Source of the DNA: Naegleria gruberi
Lineage: Eukaryota
Reading direction: 5' to 3' (one strand)
Length of the DNA stretch: 64,000 nt
Assembly (NCBI GenBank): GCA_000004985.1
Contig: GG738927.1
In this document: positions 32,987-44,321 of the stretch, piece after piece
How the letters are laid out: each line of letters starts with the position of its first letter
Position numbering within the stretch: the first letter of the stretch is position 1
Position numbers and translations under genes: made by a program
Notes under the pieces: model-generated
Databases searched by the model: none
What the model saw: only the letters and a program-made list of their open reading frames with translations
What the model was told of the DNA's origin: nothing

Positions 32987-34873
32987 CTAGTCCGAATCTT
33001 CCTCTTCAGTTTTTGGTTTCTGACTAAAAAAGGAGCCAATTTCACTTTGCTTCTTTTTAACTTTCAGCTTACAATTCACTTTTTCTTCCTTTCCTGTCTC
33101 CTTATCAACTATGAAAATATCATCTTCATCATCTATTTCATTCTCCTGGGGAAGAATTGATTTTTTCACAAGCTTAATATTACTCTGCTTTTTGGTTGGT
33201 TTTTTGGATGATGGCTCTGGAAATTCCTTTCCAGGAATAAATGGAGTCTGGAATAGATTGATGAGTTTCTTCACCTTCTTCTTACCAAAACCTGGCAAGT
33301 CATTCAGTTCATCAGATGTTGTCTGAATGACCTCTTTCAGTGATCCAAAGTGATTGAGCAATGTAATGTGATCTCTCTTGTTGAGTGTGTTTTTCAGAGT
33401 GGCAGCAAAGAGTTGATGCACTTCCTCAGTGTGCGAAAGTTTTTCTACCTCAACTGGTTTGGAGTTGCTATTGGAGCTACTTTCCCTACTCCATCTCCTA
33501 TTTCCCTTTCGTTTACCTTGTCCTCCTGTTGATGTAACCAATGAATTGGTTGATGATTGAAGTGAGGCCAATGATTGATTAGGTCCTTGAATCAATGATG
33601 AACCCTTAGTCTCGCATGCTCTAATGGTTTCCAAATACAGTGCACATTCCTCATCTGAAAATCCACAAATCACAGTCCAATCGGCCCACATGGAAATTCT
33701 CGTTACTTCTATGAGTGCCTCATCGAGTGCAGTCTCTGAAACATAGGTTGGTGCCTTAAAGGTTCCACCATTCTCACCCTGAGAGTCCTGATGATTAGAT
33801 AGATAAATTGATGAATCTCCACAGGCATCCACATGTACATCCACATTCACTAGAATGATTCGATTAGTAAACGTGCCTCTTTTACAAATTTCAGTCTTGT
33901 GAAAATTCTTAATTCTCTCTAAAATATATTTCGGTTTGGTCATGTGAAATTTAAGACTGAGATAGAATGCAGTGGTTTGTCTTCCTAGAATATAATCAGT
34001 TAAGGTCCAATCTTTTGTAAAGTGTAATTTGAAAACCTTGTCCCGAATGTGTTTTACAATGGGATTCTTCTTTTGCACTTCATTTGCAACAATGGTTGTG
34101 GCAGTGGTGGGAAAAGGCACATACGAATTAGGTGGTACAGGATTTGATGTTACAGCAACTTGTGGACTAATGCTTTCAATCAATGGAGAAGCAGAAGCAC
34201 TATTACTACTTCCAACAGAAGAAGGCGTCGATGGTGTACTACTATTAAATGGAGGAATAAATATTGGAGGAGTACTTTGATTCAAAGATGTCATAGACGA
34301 CTTGACAGGAGTAACAAAAGATGAAGATCCACTACCAACACTCGGAGAAGAATTACTCTTTTGAGAATTTTGAGAATTTTGAGATGTTTGTGAAATCCTT
34401 TGTGGAGGAATAAACTTTTGTGGCACGAATGGCACGTTACTATTACTCGGAATGCTATTTGGTGGAGAAACCACAGTACCAGGTGTTCTATTGATAATTC
34501 TACTCGTGTAATTTGTTGTTGGTGTGTTGCTACTGCTTGCTACAGACGATGATTGTCTCGTTTGTTGTTGTTGATTGAAATTAATTAAATTATTATTATT
34601 ATTGGATGATCCCAAGCCTGGAGCACTATTCGGAAGCCTCAAAGTAGCAGATGACGATGATGGTGATGATGATGATTTAAAATTCCTTTTCAATTCGGCA
34701 AGCCTTTGATTGGCATCTTGTCGATAACTTTCCAATTCTCGTTCTTCCTTTTCCTGTTCCTCATCAATATCAAAATCCATTACATTGACAATCAATCCGC
34801 CTCCTCCTCCACTACTACCCTTCGAAGATGATGATGAATTGTTATTCCGAGAGGATGAATTGTTTTCTTGCAT
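32987..34873 (-). CDS. ERCC1: DNA excision repair protein ERCC1 homolog (XPF partner), with an N/S/Q-rich N-terminal extension of about 270 aa.
   Basis: The central domain aligns with ERCC1 (NPIVKHIRDKVFKLHF...YILGRQTTAFYLSLKFH......RIILVNVDV...WADWTVICGFSDEECALYLETIRACE, compared with human [49 protein letters not shown]). The C-terminal tandem helix-hairpin-helix (HhH2) reads LLNHFGSLKEVIQTTSDELNDLPGFGKKKVKKLINLFQTPF. Confidence 0.8.
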   Translation of the reverse strand: MQENNSSSRNNNSSSSSKGSSGGGGGLIVNVMDFDIDEEQEKEERELESYRQDANQRLAELKRNFKSSSSPSSSSATLRLPNSAPGLGSSNNNNNLINFNQQQQTRQSSSVASSSNTPTTNYTSRIINRTPGTVVSPPNSIPSNSNVPFVPQKFIPPQRISQTSQNSQNSQKSNSSPSVGSGSSSFVTPVKSSMTSLNQSTPPIFIPPFNSSTPSTPSSVGSSNSASASPLIESISPQVAVTSNPVPPNSYVPFPTTATTIVANEVQKKNPIVKHIRDKVFKLHFTKDWTLTDYILGRQTTAFYLSLKFHMTKPKYILERIKNFHKTEICKRGTFTNRIILVNVDVHVDACGDSSIYLSNHQDSQGENGGTFKAPTYVSETALDEALIEVTRISMWADWTVICGFSDEECALYLETIRACETKGSSLIQGPNQSLASLQSSTNSLVTSTGGQGKRKGNRRWSRESSSNSNSKPVEVEKLSHTEEVHQLFAATLKNTLNKRDHITLLNHFGSLKEVIQTTSDELNDLPGFGKKKVKKLINLFQTPFIPGKEFPEPSSKKPTKKQSNIKLVKKSILPQENEIDDEDDIFIVDKETGKEEKVNCKLKVKKKQSEIGSFFSQKPKTEEEDSD

Positions 34874-34960
34874 TTTTTTTGATTTTGGAAAATTCTAGTG
34901 AAAATTCGAACAATTTTACTTTTTCACTGTTTGCATTCGTCAAAGTTGAAAGATTGGAGT

Positions 34961-37900
34961 TTATTTCTTCTTCTTGGTAGAGTAACTTGTTTCTTTTGGT
35001 GTTGGTAGCTTTTTCTTTGGTTTCTCTTCCTCAGATTCCGAACTTTCTATCTTCTTTTTAGTTTCATATTTCATATCATCATCGGATTCTTCAGAGTCAT
35101 ACTTCTTTGCTTTCTTTGAAACAGGTGATTTGAGTGGTTTCTCTATCTTCTTTGGTGATGGACACCCATCAGAAGAGTCGTCATCTGAACTTTCTTTCTT
35201 CTTTTCACTCTTTTTAGTTTTCCATGTTTCTGTTTCTTCCTCTTCGTCATCCAATACTTCATGAATGTTTGTGAGCTCGTCTTTGGATCTCTTGACATAA
35301 ATGTGAGATTCACGAGTTCTCAATACTAATTTTCTAGACCGATACCAAGATTTGTTCATTTTTGATTCTAAGCTCATTGTTTGAAAGTTAATTGTGTTGC
35401 CATTAGAGAGTTCGTATAGAGAATTTGTAGCCTTTTTTGAGCTTGACTTTTGAGCTTTGAATAACCTGTATGCTTGTTCCACTAGTTTTGCTTCTTCTTC
35501 ACCAAGTACATTTCTACCAGAGCCTATCCCAAGTATCCATTGATACTTGGTAAACTTTTTCTTTCCTACTGACTTGTTCTCTATTTTTTCATCAACATAG
35601 GCATCTCTAAAAAAGTTTCTATTATGTGGATGGAATGAGCCAACAACATATTGACGGGTTGGCTCATATGTTATAAATTCCAAATGTGGAGGGAGGTCAC
35701 TCTTTGGTTCCTTTGGTTGAATAATTCCATTAATATCGTTAAGTGAATACTCAAAGAATAGTTTCATCTTTTTCTCCTCAACTACGTATGTTGTTCTTGC
35801 CTTAATGTGATTAAAAAGCTGACTAGCAGATATAAATTCAGAATTCCAACTGTACCTAGGAAGACGAATTTGTGTATAGTCATGATATTTTGACTTGGAA
35901 ACCGTCTTTTCGGCAGATTCAACATCATTTCCTGCTCCAATTGATTTCAGTCCTCCTCTAAAATTGGCATGCTTATAGGCATGTCTGATGAGGAGAATTT
36001 TGGCAAGACCTGTGACATTATGAAGTTTGGCTCTTGGTTGAGGCTGTCTAAAGTATCTTCTATTATGTTTGTAGAAATGATCCCCTATCAAAATATCATT
36101 TTGAACTCTTTTTTCTTCATAGCCAGCTACTCCAACTCTAAAGCCACGGAGAGCATACTTGGTTAACCTTAATTCGTCTTATGAAATTATTAGAATTTAA
36201 TTTTAAAGTACTCACAAGTTGTAGATTGTCTATCAACGTCTACAATATTGCATCTTGTCTTTATGGCTTGAATGGCTCTTGGTAATGCGTAAACTTGAGA
36301 GCCATCAAAACCAACACAACAACAATTCACATCGAATCCAATTAAGACTTCAGCCTTTTGTTGACCAAGAGATTTGTAAATTTTAAAAATTACGTAAACT
36401 TACTGGAGATTTGTAAATTCTCAAAATTACTTGCACTGTCCTTACTGAGCTGATAAACTTGAATGTAATAGCATTTTCAGTTCTGATCAACAAAATATCA
36501 TCATAATTTGTGCCTTCTTCGGTGGACTTTGGAGAGGAGTATTTTTTGGATTTTTTAGTGAGCTTGTTGAACTTGTTGCTATCATTTGCATTTTCTGGTT
36601 TTGCAAAATGTGGAATGTTTTTGATATTCTTTTTGAATAATTCAAAAAGGTAAAAAATCTTCTTTTCGGCTTCCTTTTCATCCAAACCATAAATGAATAA
36701 ATCTATATCACTGTTTTTCCAATAGGATTTTCTAAAATAGTTGAAAAGTTCTTCATCCAAATCATCTTGTTCGTATTTTTTGAATGAGCTTGCTTTTTTG
36801 GCTCGAACAGGTTTATCGTCCTCAGAACTTGTTGCTGAAAAATATCCATCTGCAACAGACCCATTATCATTATCAGAATTAGAACCATCATCCTCATCCC
36901 AGAGCACTTTTTTCTTTGCTTGTTGCATTACTCCACCTTGGAAAGGATCAACCTTTTGAAATCTACTGTAACGGTTTTCTTGTAGCAAGTCTTTTCTATC
37001 CAATTTAGCTTTGAGCATGCATGCCAAAATTCCACCACCTAATTTTTAAATATTATTGAAAATTGAATAATTAAAAATATTAAAGAAAGACATACCTGCT
37101 GCGAATACATTACTCCAATCCATATCTTTAAATAGACCACAAGTTAGAGCGTTAAATTGAGTGAAGAATTCTTCTCTATCAGAAACAATTTCTGGGATTG
37201 GTGGCAATTTGAGTCTTGAATATTCATTGATAAGTTCAGAACATTCAACAGGGTTTTCAAAATCAAAAAGCAAAGGTAGGGTACTTGGAGGATCGCATGG
37301 TTTGAGTAATTCTCTGGTAGAATGTTCATTACCAAAAACACTAACCAAATGAATGTAAGGATCTGAAAGAATCTGATTTTCTCTATCTGAAACATATAAA
37401 TTTCTCAAAAAGTCTTCCTCTTTTTTGATTTTTAAATTATTAGATCCAATATCTTCGATTGGATAACGAAGAGGATCTAAAAAGTCTAAAAGTCCTTGGA
37501 GTTTGAATTCTTTGGCCTCTTTGTAAACCAGTTTTCTCTGAGACATTTCTCTTGGGACTGAAGTGAAGGTTGCACTCTCCAAATATTCGTACAATACAGA
37601 AAAGACTTCACTATCTCTGTCAAGGAATATTTCACGGTTGGTACTTGCTTGAATCAATTGAGGGAAAATACTTTCTGGATGGACAAGTAACTTTTCAATA
37701 CCAATGCAAAATTTCACACCTCTTACATTGAAAACAATTGGTTCCTTTTTCAAAAAGGCCTCTCTTTTTCTGAGTTCTTCTCTTTCCTGTTCAAGATCAA
37801 CCTCAGCCTTTTTCAAAAAGTCTTCCATGACAGTCTTTTCCTTGAGTGTAAGCTTTGAAAACATATCCAACCATTTTTCATCACTTTCGTTTTGATTAGA

Positions 37901-38720
37901 ATGGAGAGTGTTATGTTGAGAAACTCTGTATTCTTTGATTTCAGGTGTATCTTCCTTTTCTTCCATTCTTTGGTGTCTTTGATTGGAATTGTGTTGCTTG
38001 ATCAATTCGGCAACTCTTGCACTTAATTTACTTGTACCAAAGTAATCAGATTCTATCAGCAAAGCTTTTAACTTTTCAATGGTATCTTCAGTTATATTTT
38101 CCCACAAACCTACATATGTGGTGGATCCTGTGTGAATTAAATAAATGTCACTCGTCATCACAACTAAACATTCTTAACCTACCAGTTCTAATATGCTCCA
38201 AAATGATTGGAAAATAATCTGGATTACTCTCACTCAACAAGATACAGCCATTCTCATCACGATCAACCTTAAAATCAGAATTCAACATGGTCTTGATCAT
38301 ATTCTCTCTTCTATTAATGGTAGAAAGTGAGGTAACAAACATTTTCCCTCCGACCATCAATTTGACAATATTTTCACCTGATTGCAAGATTTCCTTCACC
38401 TTTTCACTATTCAGATGATCATCTTGTTGGTCATCCATCTTGTTGCCATTAAACTTTTCTAGAACTTCGATTTCCTTCATCTTTTGTTGATTTCTTCTCC
38501 TTTCTTCATCGATTTTGTGGAGAGCATCAATTCGGACTGTTTCTAATTCTTCTCTCTCTTTGATGTATTGTGGATCATCTTTTGAAGAGGAAAATGATGA
38601 TGGTTTTGGTGCATAGGATGAAGATGACGAAGAGCTTGGTTCTTCTGCTTTGCGTTTCTTCTGATGTTCGAAGGCGGAGGATGAGCTTACTTTCCTTGCC
38701 GTTTGTTTGGTTCGGGCCAT
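34961..38720 (-). CDS. Large multi-domain protein: a histone H3 N-terminal tail mimic (MARTKQTARK), two KCTD/T1-type BTB domains, an unassigned D-x-D-containing central domain, and a K/E/S-rich tail. Approximate structure is join(34961..36167,36212..36354,36404..37038,37096..~38130,~38148..38720).
   Basis: ATG at 38720 with an A-rich leader. The first 10 residues are identical to histone H3. BTB/T1 signatures include VKLMVGGKMFVTSLSTI...DRDENGCILLSESNPDYFPIILEHIRTGRLRM and IVFNVRGVKFCIGIEKLL...REIFLDRDSEVFSVLYEYLESATF. Three downstream introns (GTATGT, GTAAGT and GTACTT donors) restore the frame exactly into the 36383..37027 ORF, a 139/143-nt exon, and the 34961..36091 ORF. The BTB1/BTB2 junction near 38130-38168 is unresolved. 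Confidence 0.55.
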
Positions 38721-38878
38721 TTTTTTTCTTGTTGAAACTAGAAATCATTCAAAGATGTTGTAATGATCACAGCTGTGATTTTCATAGTAACTTGTGGATT
38801 TTGTAAAGATTTACAGTAAAGTAACACATTTTAATTGGTTAAAATAATTGGTTTAATAAATTGATGAGATCAGCTCAA

Positions 38879-39426
38879 TTTAAAAGTGGAAAACATAGGA
38901 AAAGTTTTGAGTAGTTTCTTCCTTACCGCCATAAGGATACCAACAAGTGTTACCCTTGGCCTTTCCTGGAATATCACCATGAGAAGTATGTGCTAGATAT
39001 TCATGAATTTTCAAATATTTTAAAATGTGAAATAGTTGTTGTTATTTCACAAATGATCAAAACACTTACCAATAGCGCTCCACAAAGTACCAGCACCATC
39101 ATTTTGATAACCAGTGGCAACTGATTGAGCTGGAGAGTCACCACTATGCTTGTAAGTAGTACCATTTACGACATAGGAGAAATTATTAGTGACTTGTTCT
39201 TGTCCACCATATGGGAACCAAGCAGTTCCACTGGCATTGGCCTTTCCTGGAATGTTACCCCATTGTGAGTGGGCTTTTTTATAATATTAAATATTTGATC
39301 CGATTAATATCACGATATGATCAATTAAATCAAACCTACCAACAGCTACATAAACAACACCAGCACCATCATTTTGGAAACCAGTGATAGCATTATGAGG
39401 AACCATACCAGAATTAGCAACTAACA
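38879..39426 (-). CDS. DM9-repeat protein of about 135 aa with two DM9 motifs. Structure is join(38879..38991,39069..39272,39339..39426).
   Basis: Three exons are joined by GTAGGT/GGTAAGT donors and AG acceptors with the frame maintained. The motif ITGFQNDGAG..(V/L)......H...G.IPGKA.....W.PYGG.E....NFSYV is repeated twice, as in DM9 domains (DUF3421). Confidence 0.6.
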
Positions 39427-40066
39427 TCTTGTTGTGTGGATTAATATTTATCAAGCGAGTGCTTTGAGTATTTTTTTTGTAAATTATTGATCAGATTTTG
39501 ATCTCATTTTAGCGCCAAAAATAGATCCGTAGACGTGTTACCTTTCCACAGCCTTGAAAAAAATTGTCGAACACGTTATTCCTCGGAGATGGACGTGTTG
39601 TTGGCACAAAACGTGTGGATAGGAGGTTAATGAAGCAGAGAAGGAATGAGTTAGGAACACGTATTGATGGTTCCTTATTTTTACAATGTTTTCAAAGTTT
39701 AAATGATGATATTTAAGAGGAACAACACGATAATTTTGATTATACATTTTAGAATGTGTTATAATTTTGTTAAATATTTACGAGATACCAAGTTTCATTT
39801 TACAAATTTTGGAGAGAACGAGAGCTGGTCGATCGAGTGGTGGTTCTAATTGAGGAGCATTGGCAGAATCTTTGAGAGATTCAGCTGTTTCCTTATTTGA
39901 GCTTTCGGCCATGAATTCTTCGAATAATTTCAAGGCATTTTCATAATGTTCTGAAAAGTATTCGAGGCAAGCATCTTGATACTTTTTCCATTTCAATAAT
40001 TGATTCTTTTGTTGCAATTCATACATCCATTCTAAAGTTTGGAAAGTCAATATTAATTAACAAAAA

Positions 40067-42514
40067 TCAGGAAAAAAACTTACCATCTTCCGAGACCTTA
40101 TTACTCGATCCCAATTCATAAATAGCCTCCTGACCAGCAATATCATTGGTAATTACGCTATCTTCAATACTATGAATATCAATTAAGGAATCAGTTTTTA
40201 CAAAAATGGAATTTTGATAAAATTGATCAGCAGCTAACATTTTCATATCGACAAATCTGGTCTGATATGTCTTACTTGCAGTTTCGAATATCCTCTCTGG
40301 AATGACTACTTGTAAATCTAAACGATGCGCAGTTTCCAATAACTTTTCCAAGTTGACTTTAGCAGAACTAATTATTGAGAAATTCTTGCTTTCTGAAGTG
40401 CCCAAATTTCCACAATATACTCTTTGGGTAGTAATTGCAAATCTGAACTGCAAATTTTCTGCCAATTGATGTGAAACCTTTTCACTCTTCTTACTGGAAT
40501 GAGATGAAAAACTGTTCGAAACCAAATTCTTTCTCACAGCTAGCAATTTCTCCTGTAAAACCTTAACAGTTGAAAGCGCCTTTTCCACATGATTCTGACT
40601 ATCTTTTGTTGTATTAAACGAAAGAATAATAATATCATTCTCAAATGCTCCAATATTAAATCCACTGCTTCGACTCTGAACATTAATTTGCTCATAAACA
40701 AGAGATAGCAAGTTGACCACCGATTTACAATCCTCTGTCTTGTACCACTGATCCAGACCGTCTAGTAAAATCCCCAGAAACGTAACTTGTTTACCTTCCA
40801 AATAGAGAGAAAACATGGAATTTTGACCTTTCTTTGAAGAGTTGGATTTTTGGGATTTGATCATATCAATCGAGCTGAACAAACCTGATTTGAAATTGCC
40901 ACTTGTTAAAATTCTGGACCTGTTTATACTTTGATGGAGAGCAGAAGAAGCTGCCTGCTGTTGTTTCCCTGTTTCATCTGATTGTCCATCTAATTCTGCT
41001 AACAAATAACTTGGAATGAAAGCTCGATACATTTTGAGTTTTTTTAACATTGCTGCAAATTGAGTTTGAACATAATTGAGCTCTGAAAAGTAACTTTTCG
41101 ATTCTTGATCTTGTAGAGCAGCATCTATATCCATGTTGGCCACTCTCTCAAACATTGTCATTAAAGTCTTGAATGGTTTTACAATACGGAATGAAAAGGC
41201 AACTCCAACCAAAACACTAACTCCGATAATTACTATACTTCCACCCAAAGCAGCCAATAGAGCAATGATAATTGGAGAAATGTAATTCCATTGTGGAGTG
41301 GACATGGCAATGACCCAATCCAAATTATATTTTGAACAAAATCTATATACGGTAATGTATTCATTAAGGGTAGAAATTTGGTAAAGAGTGTCACATTTCA
41401 ATTCTTTCAAATTTGGATAGTTTCTGTACATTTCCTTAGCCAACTTGTTATGCTCCTCAGACAAAACAGTCAACCCAGTCCTTCTAATCACATCCACCTT
41501 ATTTTCTGCCAAATAAGCCAAAGAAATCGTTCGATTATTGACAGCTATCAAATAATCAGTTTTCGTTTCTATAATAAATGCTGTCGATCTTGCAATACTC
41601 GAAACGAGATCTTCCAAGAATTTGGAGATACGTTTTAACTCCATGCTAAATGCCAAATATTTGGAAATTTCAGTTGTGGAATTTGATTTAAGCCAAGATG
41701 TCATCATGGTGACAAATGTTAAATCGGCACCGACATTATAGGAAGGAGTAAATAATGAATTGTCAGGATTTGACTTGGCAGTGGCATATAATCCAGATAA
41801 TTCAAAACTTGGCATGATCATATTAGGAGTTACTGATCTTTTGCAATAGTCGACTGTCAAACCTGCCAAACAATAATATACTTTCTGATAGGACGTGCCA
41901 ATGTCAACAAATGCTGGAATAGTTCCCCAATTAATTATTGAAATAGAACCTGTCTGATTACCAATCAAAATGGCAGAGGGCAATGCATCATGTGTTTCAA
42001 ACTCTGATTTGTAAAATTTGAACATTGACAACTCCAACTTGTCAGGATGATCCAAATCATCTTCGTGAATTTGACTTTTGGCAGTATTGACAACTAGCAC
42101 AATTTCCTGAACTGTTTTTTCGATATAGGAACGAACAGATTCGAATTCATTCTTTCGAATAGTTGATGAGAGAGATGTGATTGCTGGACCGAAACTTGAC
42201 AGCCAAGTTGCTGAGATAATTAAAGCTGACAGGACAACTAGGATTGTAATCATGGAAATGATAAAGAATTTGACAGATCTGAAACAGCTGACAGTTTTTT
42301 CATTCTTGACATTCTCAGCTAGGGAACCATCAGAATCTGCATTCGAAACTTCTTCGACATTTTGCTTTAATCCAGAAAATGATTTTTGGTTGACAGCTGT
42401 CACGACTGAATAACGTAGAGCATATGTATTCTTGGAATTGGTTGAAAGGTTGAGTGGATTCTCTATGGATTGTCGAATACTGGCAGGAACGACTTTACTA
42501 CTCGAATAAACCAT
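40067..42514 (-). CDS. Receptor-like membrane protein: TM, a ~300-aa extracellular sensor region, TM, a HAMP-like linker, and a C-terminal class III nucleotidyl cyclase-homology domain that is possibly degenerate.
   Basis: Two hydrophobic segments flank a large loop. After TM2 comes a HAMP-like amphipathic segment (FRIVKPFKTLMTMFERVANMDIDAALQDQESKSYFSELNYVQTQFAAMLKKL). The C-terminal region shows the cyclase-homology-domain layout (VTFLGILLDGLDQW... ...FRFAITTQRVYCGNLGTSESKNFSIISSAKVNLEKLLE, compared with RIGIHTGPVVAGVVG.....Y.LFGDTVNTASRMES). Confidence 0.55.
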   Translation of the reverse strand: MVYSSSKVVPASIRQSIENPLNLSTNSKNTYALRYSVVTAVNQKSFSGLKQNVEEVSNADSDGSLAENVKNEKTVSCFRSVKFFIISMITILVVLSALIISATWLSSFGPAITSLSSTIRKNEFESVRSYIEKTVQEIVLVVNTAKSQIHEDDLDHPDKLELSMFKFYKSEFETHDALPSAILIGNQTGSISIINWGTIPAFVDIGTSYQKVYYCLAGLTVDYCKRSVTPNMIMPSFELSGLYATAKSNPDNSLFTPSYNVGADLTFVTMMTSWLKSNSTTEISKYLAFSMELKRISKFLEDLVSSIARSTAFIIETKTDYLIAVNNRTISLAYLAENKVDVIRRTGLTVLSEEHNKLAKEMYRNYPNLKELKCDTLYQISTLNEYITVYRFCSKYNLDWVIAMSTPQWNYISPIIIALLAALGGSIVIIGVSVLVGVAFSFRIVKPFKTLMTMFERVANMDIDAALQDQESKSYFSELNYVQTQFAAMLKKLKMYRAFIPSYLLAELDGQSDETGKQQQAASSALHQSINRSRILTSGNFKSGLFSSIDMIKSQKSNSSKKGQNSMFSLYLEGKQVTFLGILLDGLDQWYKTEDCKSVVNLLSLVYEQINVQSRSSGFNIGAFENDIIILSFNTTKDSQNHVEKALSTVKVLQEKLLAVRKNLVSNSFSSHSSKKSEKVSHQLAENLQFRFAITTQRVYCGNLGTSESKNFSIISSAKVNLEKLLETAHRLDLQVVIPERIFETASKTYQTRFVDMKMLAADQFYQNSIFVKTDSLIDIHSIEDSVITNDIAGQEAIYELGSSNKVSEDGKFFS

Positions 42515-42941
42515 AATGCTGAGTTTCGTAGAGTTTCGTCTATTTTCGACTTTGAATGTTTTAAGGTTTAAAGTTGTTTTTTTTCGTTGTGAGTAAAAAG
42601 GTTTTGAAATCGTCAGAGTTTAATGAAGAATGAAATATCCTTAGAGATAGCCATGAAGCAAACACATTCCCGCGCAAAGTTATACGAAACTCATTGGTCA
42701 ATCGACTTGGTTGCAAAAAATCAAAAAAGTATTTAGAACTCCATATCAGAAATGGTTCAATGCATATTCGTCAACTAAATTAAAATACAAACTCGGTTTT
42801 CGTGATTAGAGGACTTTCGTGTTGAGGTTTCGTATAAATCAACCAACATCAAAATTTTAATAGCAATTTACATTTAGAAATGAGAAAATCGTAATTCGTT
42901 CATTTCAGAATATGAAAATTTAATGTCATTTGAGGTTGAAA

Positions 42942-43559
42942 TCATTTATTCATCCTTTTTTGGAAATCTCTTTGCATAGGTGCTGATTTGCTTCGAATTC
43001 TTATATCTCTTTCATTTGATTGATAATTTTCAAGTGTATCAACTGTGTCAATTGTCATTCGTCTCGAGTTTCGTTTAAAAGCCAAGTTTTCATTCGAAAG
43101 AATGGAACCTCTCCTTACCACTTTATCAGTTTCAAACAGTGCTTCATCATAACTGGTTAAATCTGGAGAAACTGAGAATACACTATCACAAACTGAACTA
43201 ATTGTTTCTACCCAAGTAGACGAATCTTCTCCATCTTTGCTGTCTTTACTCCCAGATGATGGAAATGTATAACTGTTCAAGGGTGATGCACTTGTATGAT
43301 TGTTCTCACTATGATTTGATGAAATAATGTTGTATAAATCGGACGAAACTGGAGAGAAACTATTCCCACTACCAGAAAGACTAATGTCTTTTGATTTGGA
43401 GAACGAAGATCCCAAAATATCGAGCTGGACTGAAGAAGCTGAAATTGAGGTCAATGTATTCCAACAACCAAACGCAAAATTCGCAACCCACAAATAAACA
43501 AAACTAAAGGTTTCTAATATTAATTTTCTATACTCTTTCTCTTCAAATAGCAGAGACAT
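42942..43559 (-). CDS. Hypothetical Ser-rich protein, 205 aa.
   Basis: ORF only. It lies between the two divergently oriented receptor-like genes. Confidence 0.25.
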   Translation of the reverse strand: MSLLFEEKEYRKLILETFSFVYLWVANFAFGCWNTLTSISASSVQLDILGSSFSKSKDISLSGSGNSFSPVSSDLYNIISSNHSENNHTSASPLNSYTFPSSGSKDSKDGEDSSTWVETISSVCDSVFSVSPDLTSYDEALFETDKVVRRGSILSNENLAFKRNSRRMTIDTVDTLENYQSNERDIRIRSKSAPMQRDFQKRMNK

Positions 43560-44321
43560 TTCTTTTTATTTGGTTTCTCCTCTTGGACCCAACAATTATC
43601 TGAGAGGTTTCAGTCTTTTCTTCATTCACATCATTGGAAAGCATATCTCTTTCCATTTTCTCCATTTTTATCTTTTAACTTTCCAATAAAAGTTGTGAAT
43701 TTCATGAAGGCTAGTCTATTACTTCAATCTCTCTTGATATCAAGGTCTATTTATGGATCTACTAGTTTCGAATAAAGTGAGATAGTTTAATTGAATCAAT
43801 AAAACAGTGTTTATGTTATGAATTGGCCAATTCACCGTATTTTCTATTAATTTCTCCTTTTTTTTTTTATTATTAATTTTAAAAAATTGAAATTAATTTA
43901 TTTATAAATTTTCTGAATTAAGGTTGCATTTGGAAATTCTTGGAATTTGATTACTTTGAATTTCTTGTAATATTAAACTATTCGAAATTCCAAATTAGGT
44001 CTATCCGTTAGTGTGTTTCTTTGTAACCACAAATGTTCCCTAAACGGAAAGAAAGGTAATCCAAAGACACTTCAGTTTGTGAATGATGTAAAGACACACA
44101 ACAAAAAAATGTCTTCACAACCAAAACATGTTTCTTCTTCAGTTTCGAATAATAACAATGCAACAGTTGTTCGAAAGCAATTGTCTACCGAGTAGGTTTA
44201 TAATTAATGGATTGTTACCTTATCTATTGTTCTAATTCGAATATCTCTTGTCCAAAAACATAGAAATATAAAAGATTCGGCAGGTTTCGAACAATTAGAA
44301 AAGAAAGCTTTCATCAACGAT

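Noticed and set aside
36383-37027. Assigning the central SDIDLFIYGL...GFDVNCCVVGFDG domain to a specific family (Pol-beta nucleotidyltransferase, GT-A glycosyltransferase DxD, or TIR-like).
   Set aside because: Each hypothesis matches only one short motif. The expected companion motifs (GS of NTases, Rossmann N-terminus of GT-A, TIR alphaA/betaB) are not convincingly present. It is left as unassigned pending profile or structure searches.
38690-38720. MARTKQTARK as evidence of a genuine histone H3 gene.
   Set aside because: No histone-fold sequence (no alpha1-L1-alpha2 region such as the ...[21 protein letters not shown] family) follows. The ORF continues into a BTB/T1 domain instead.
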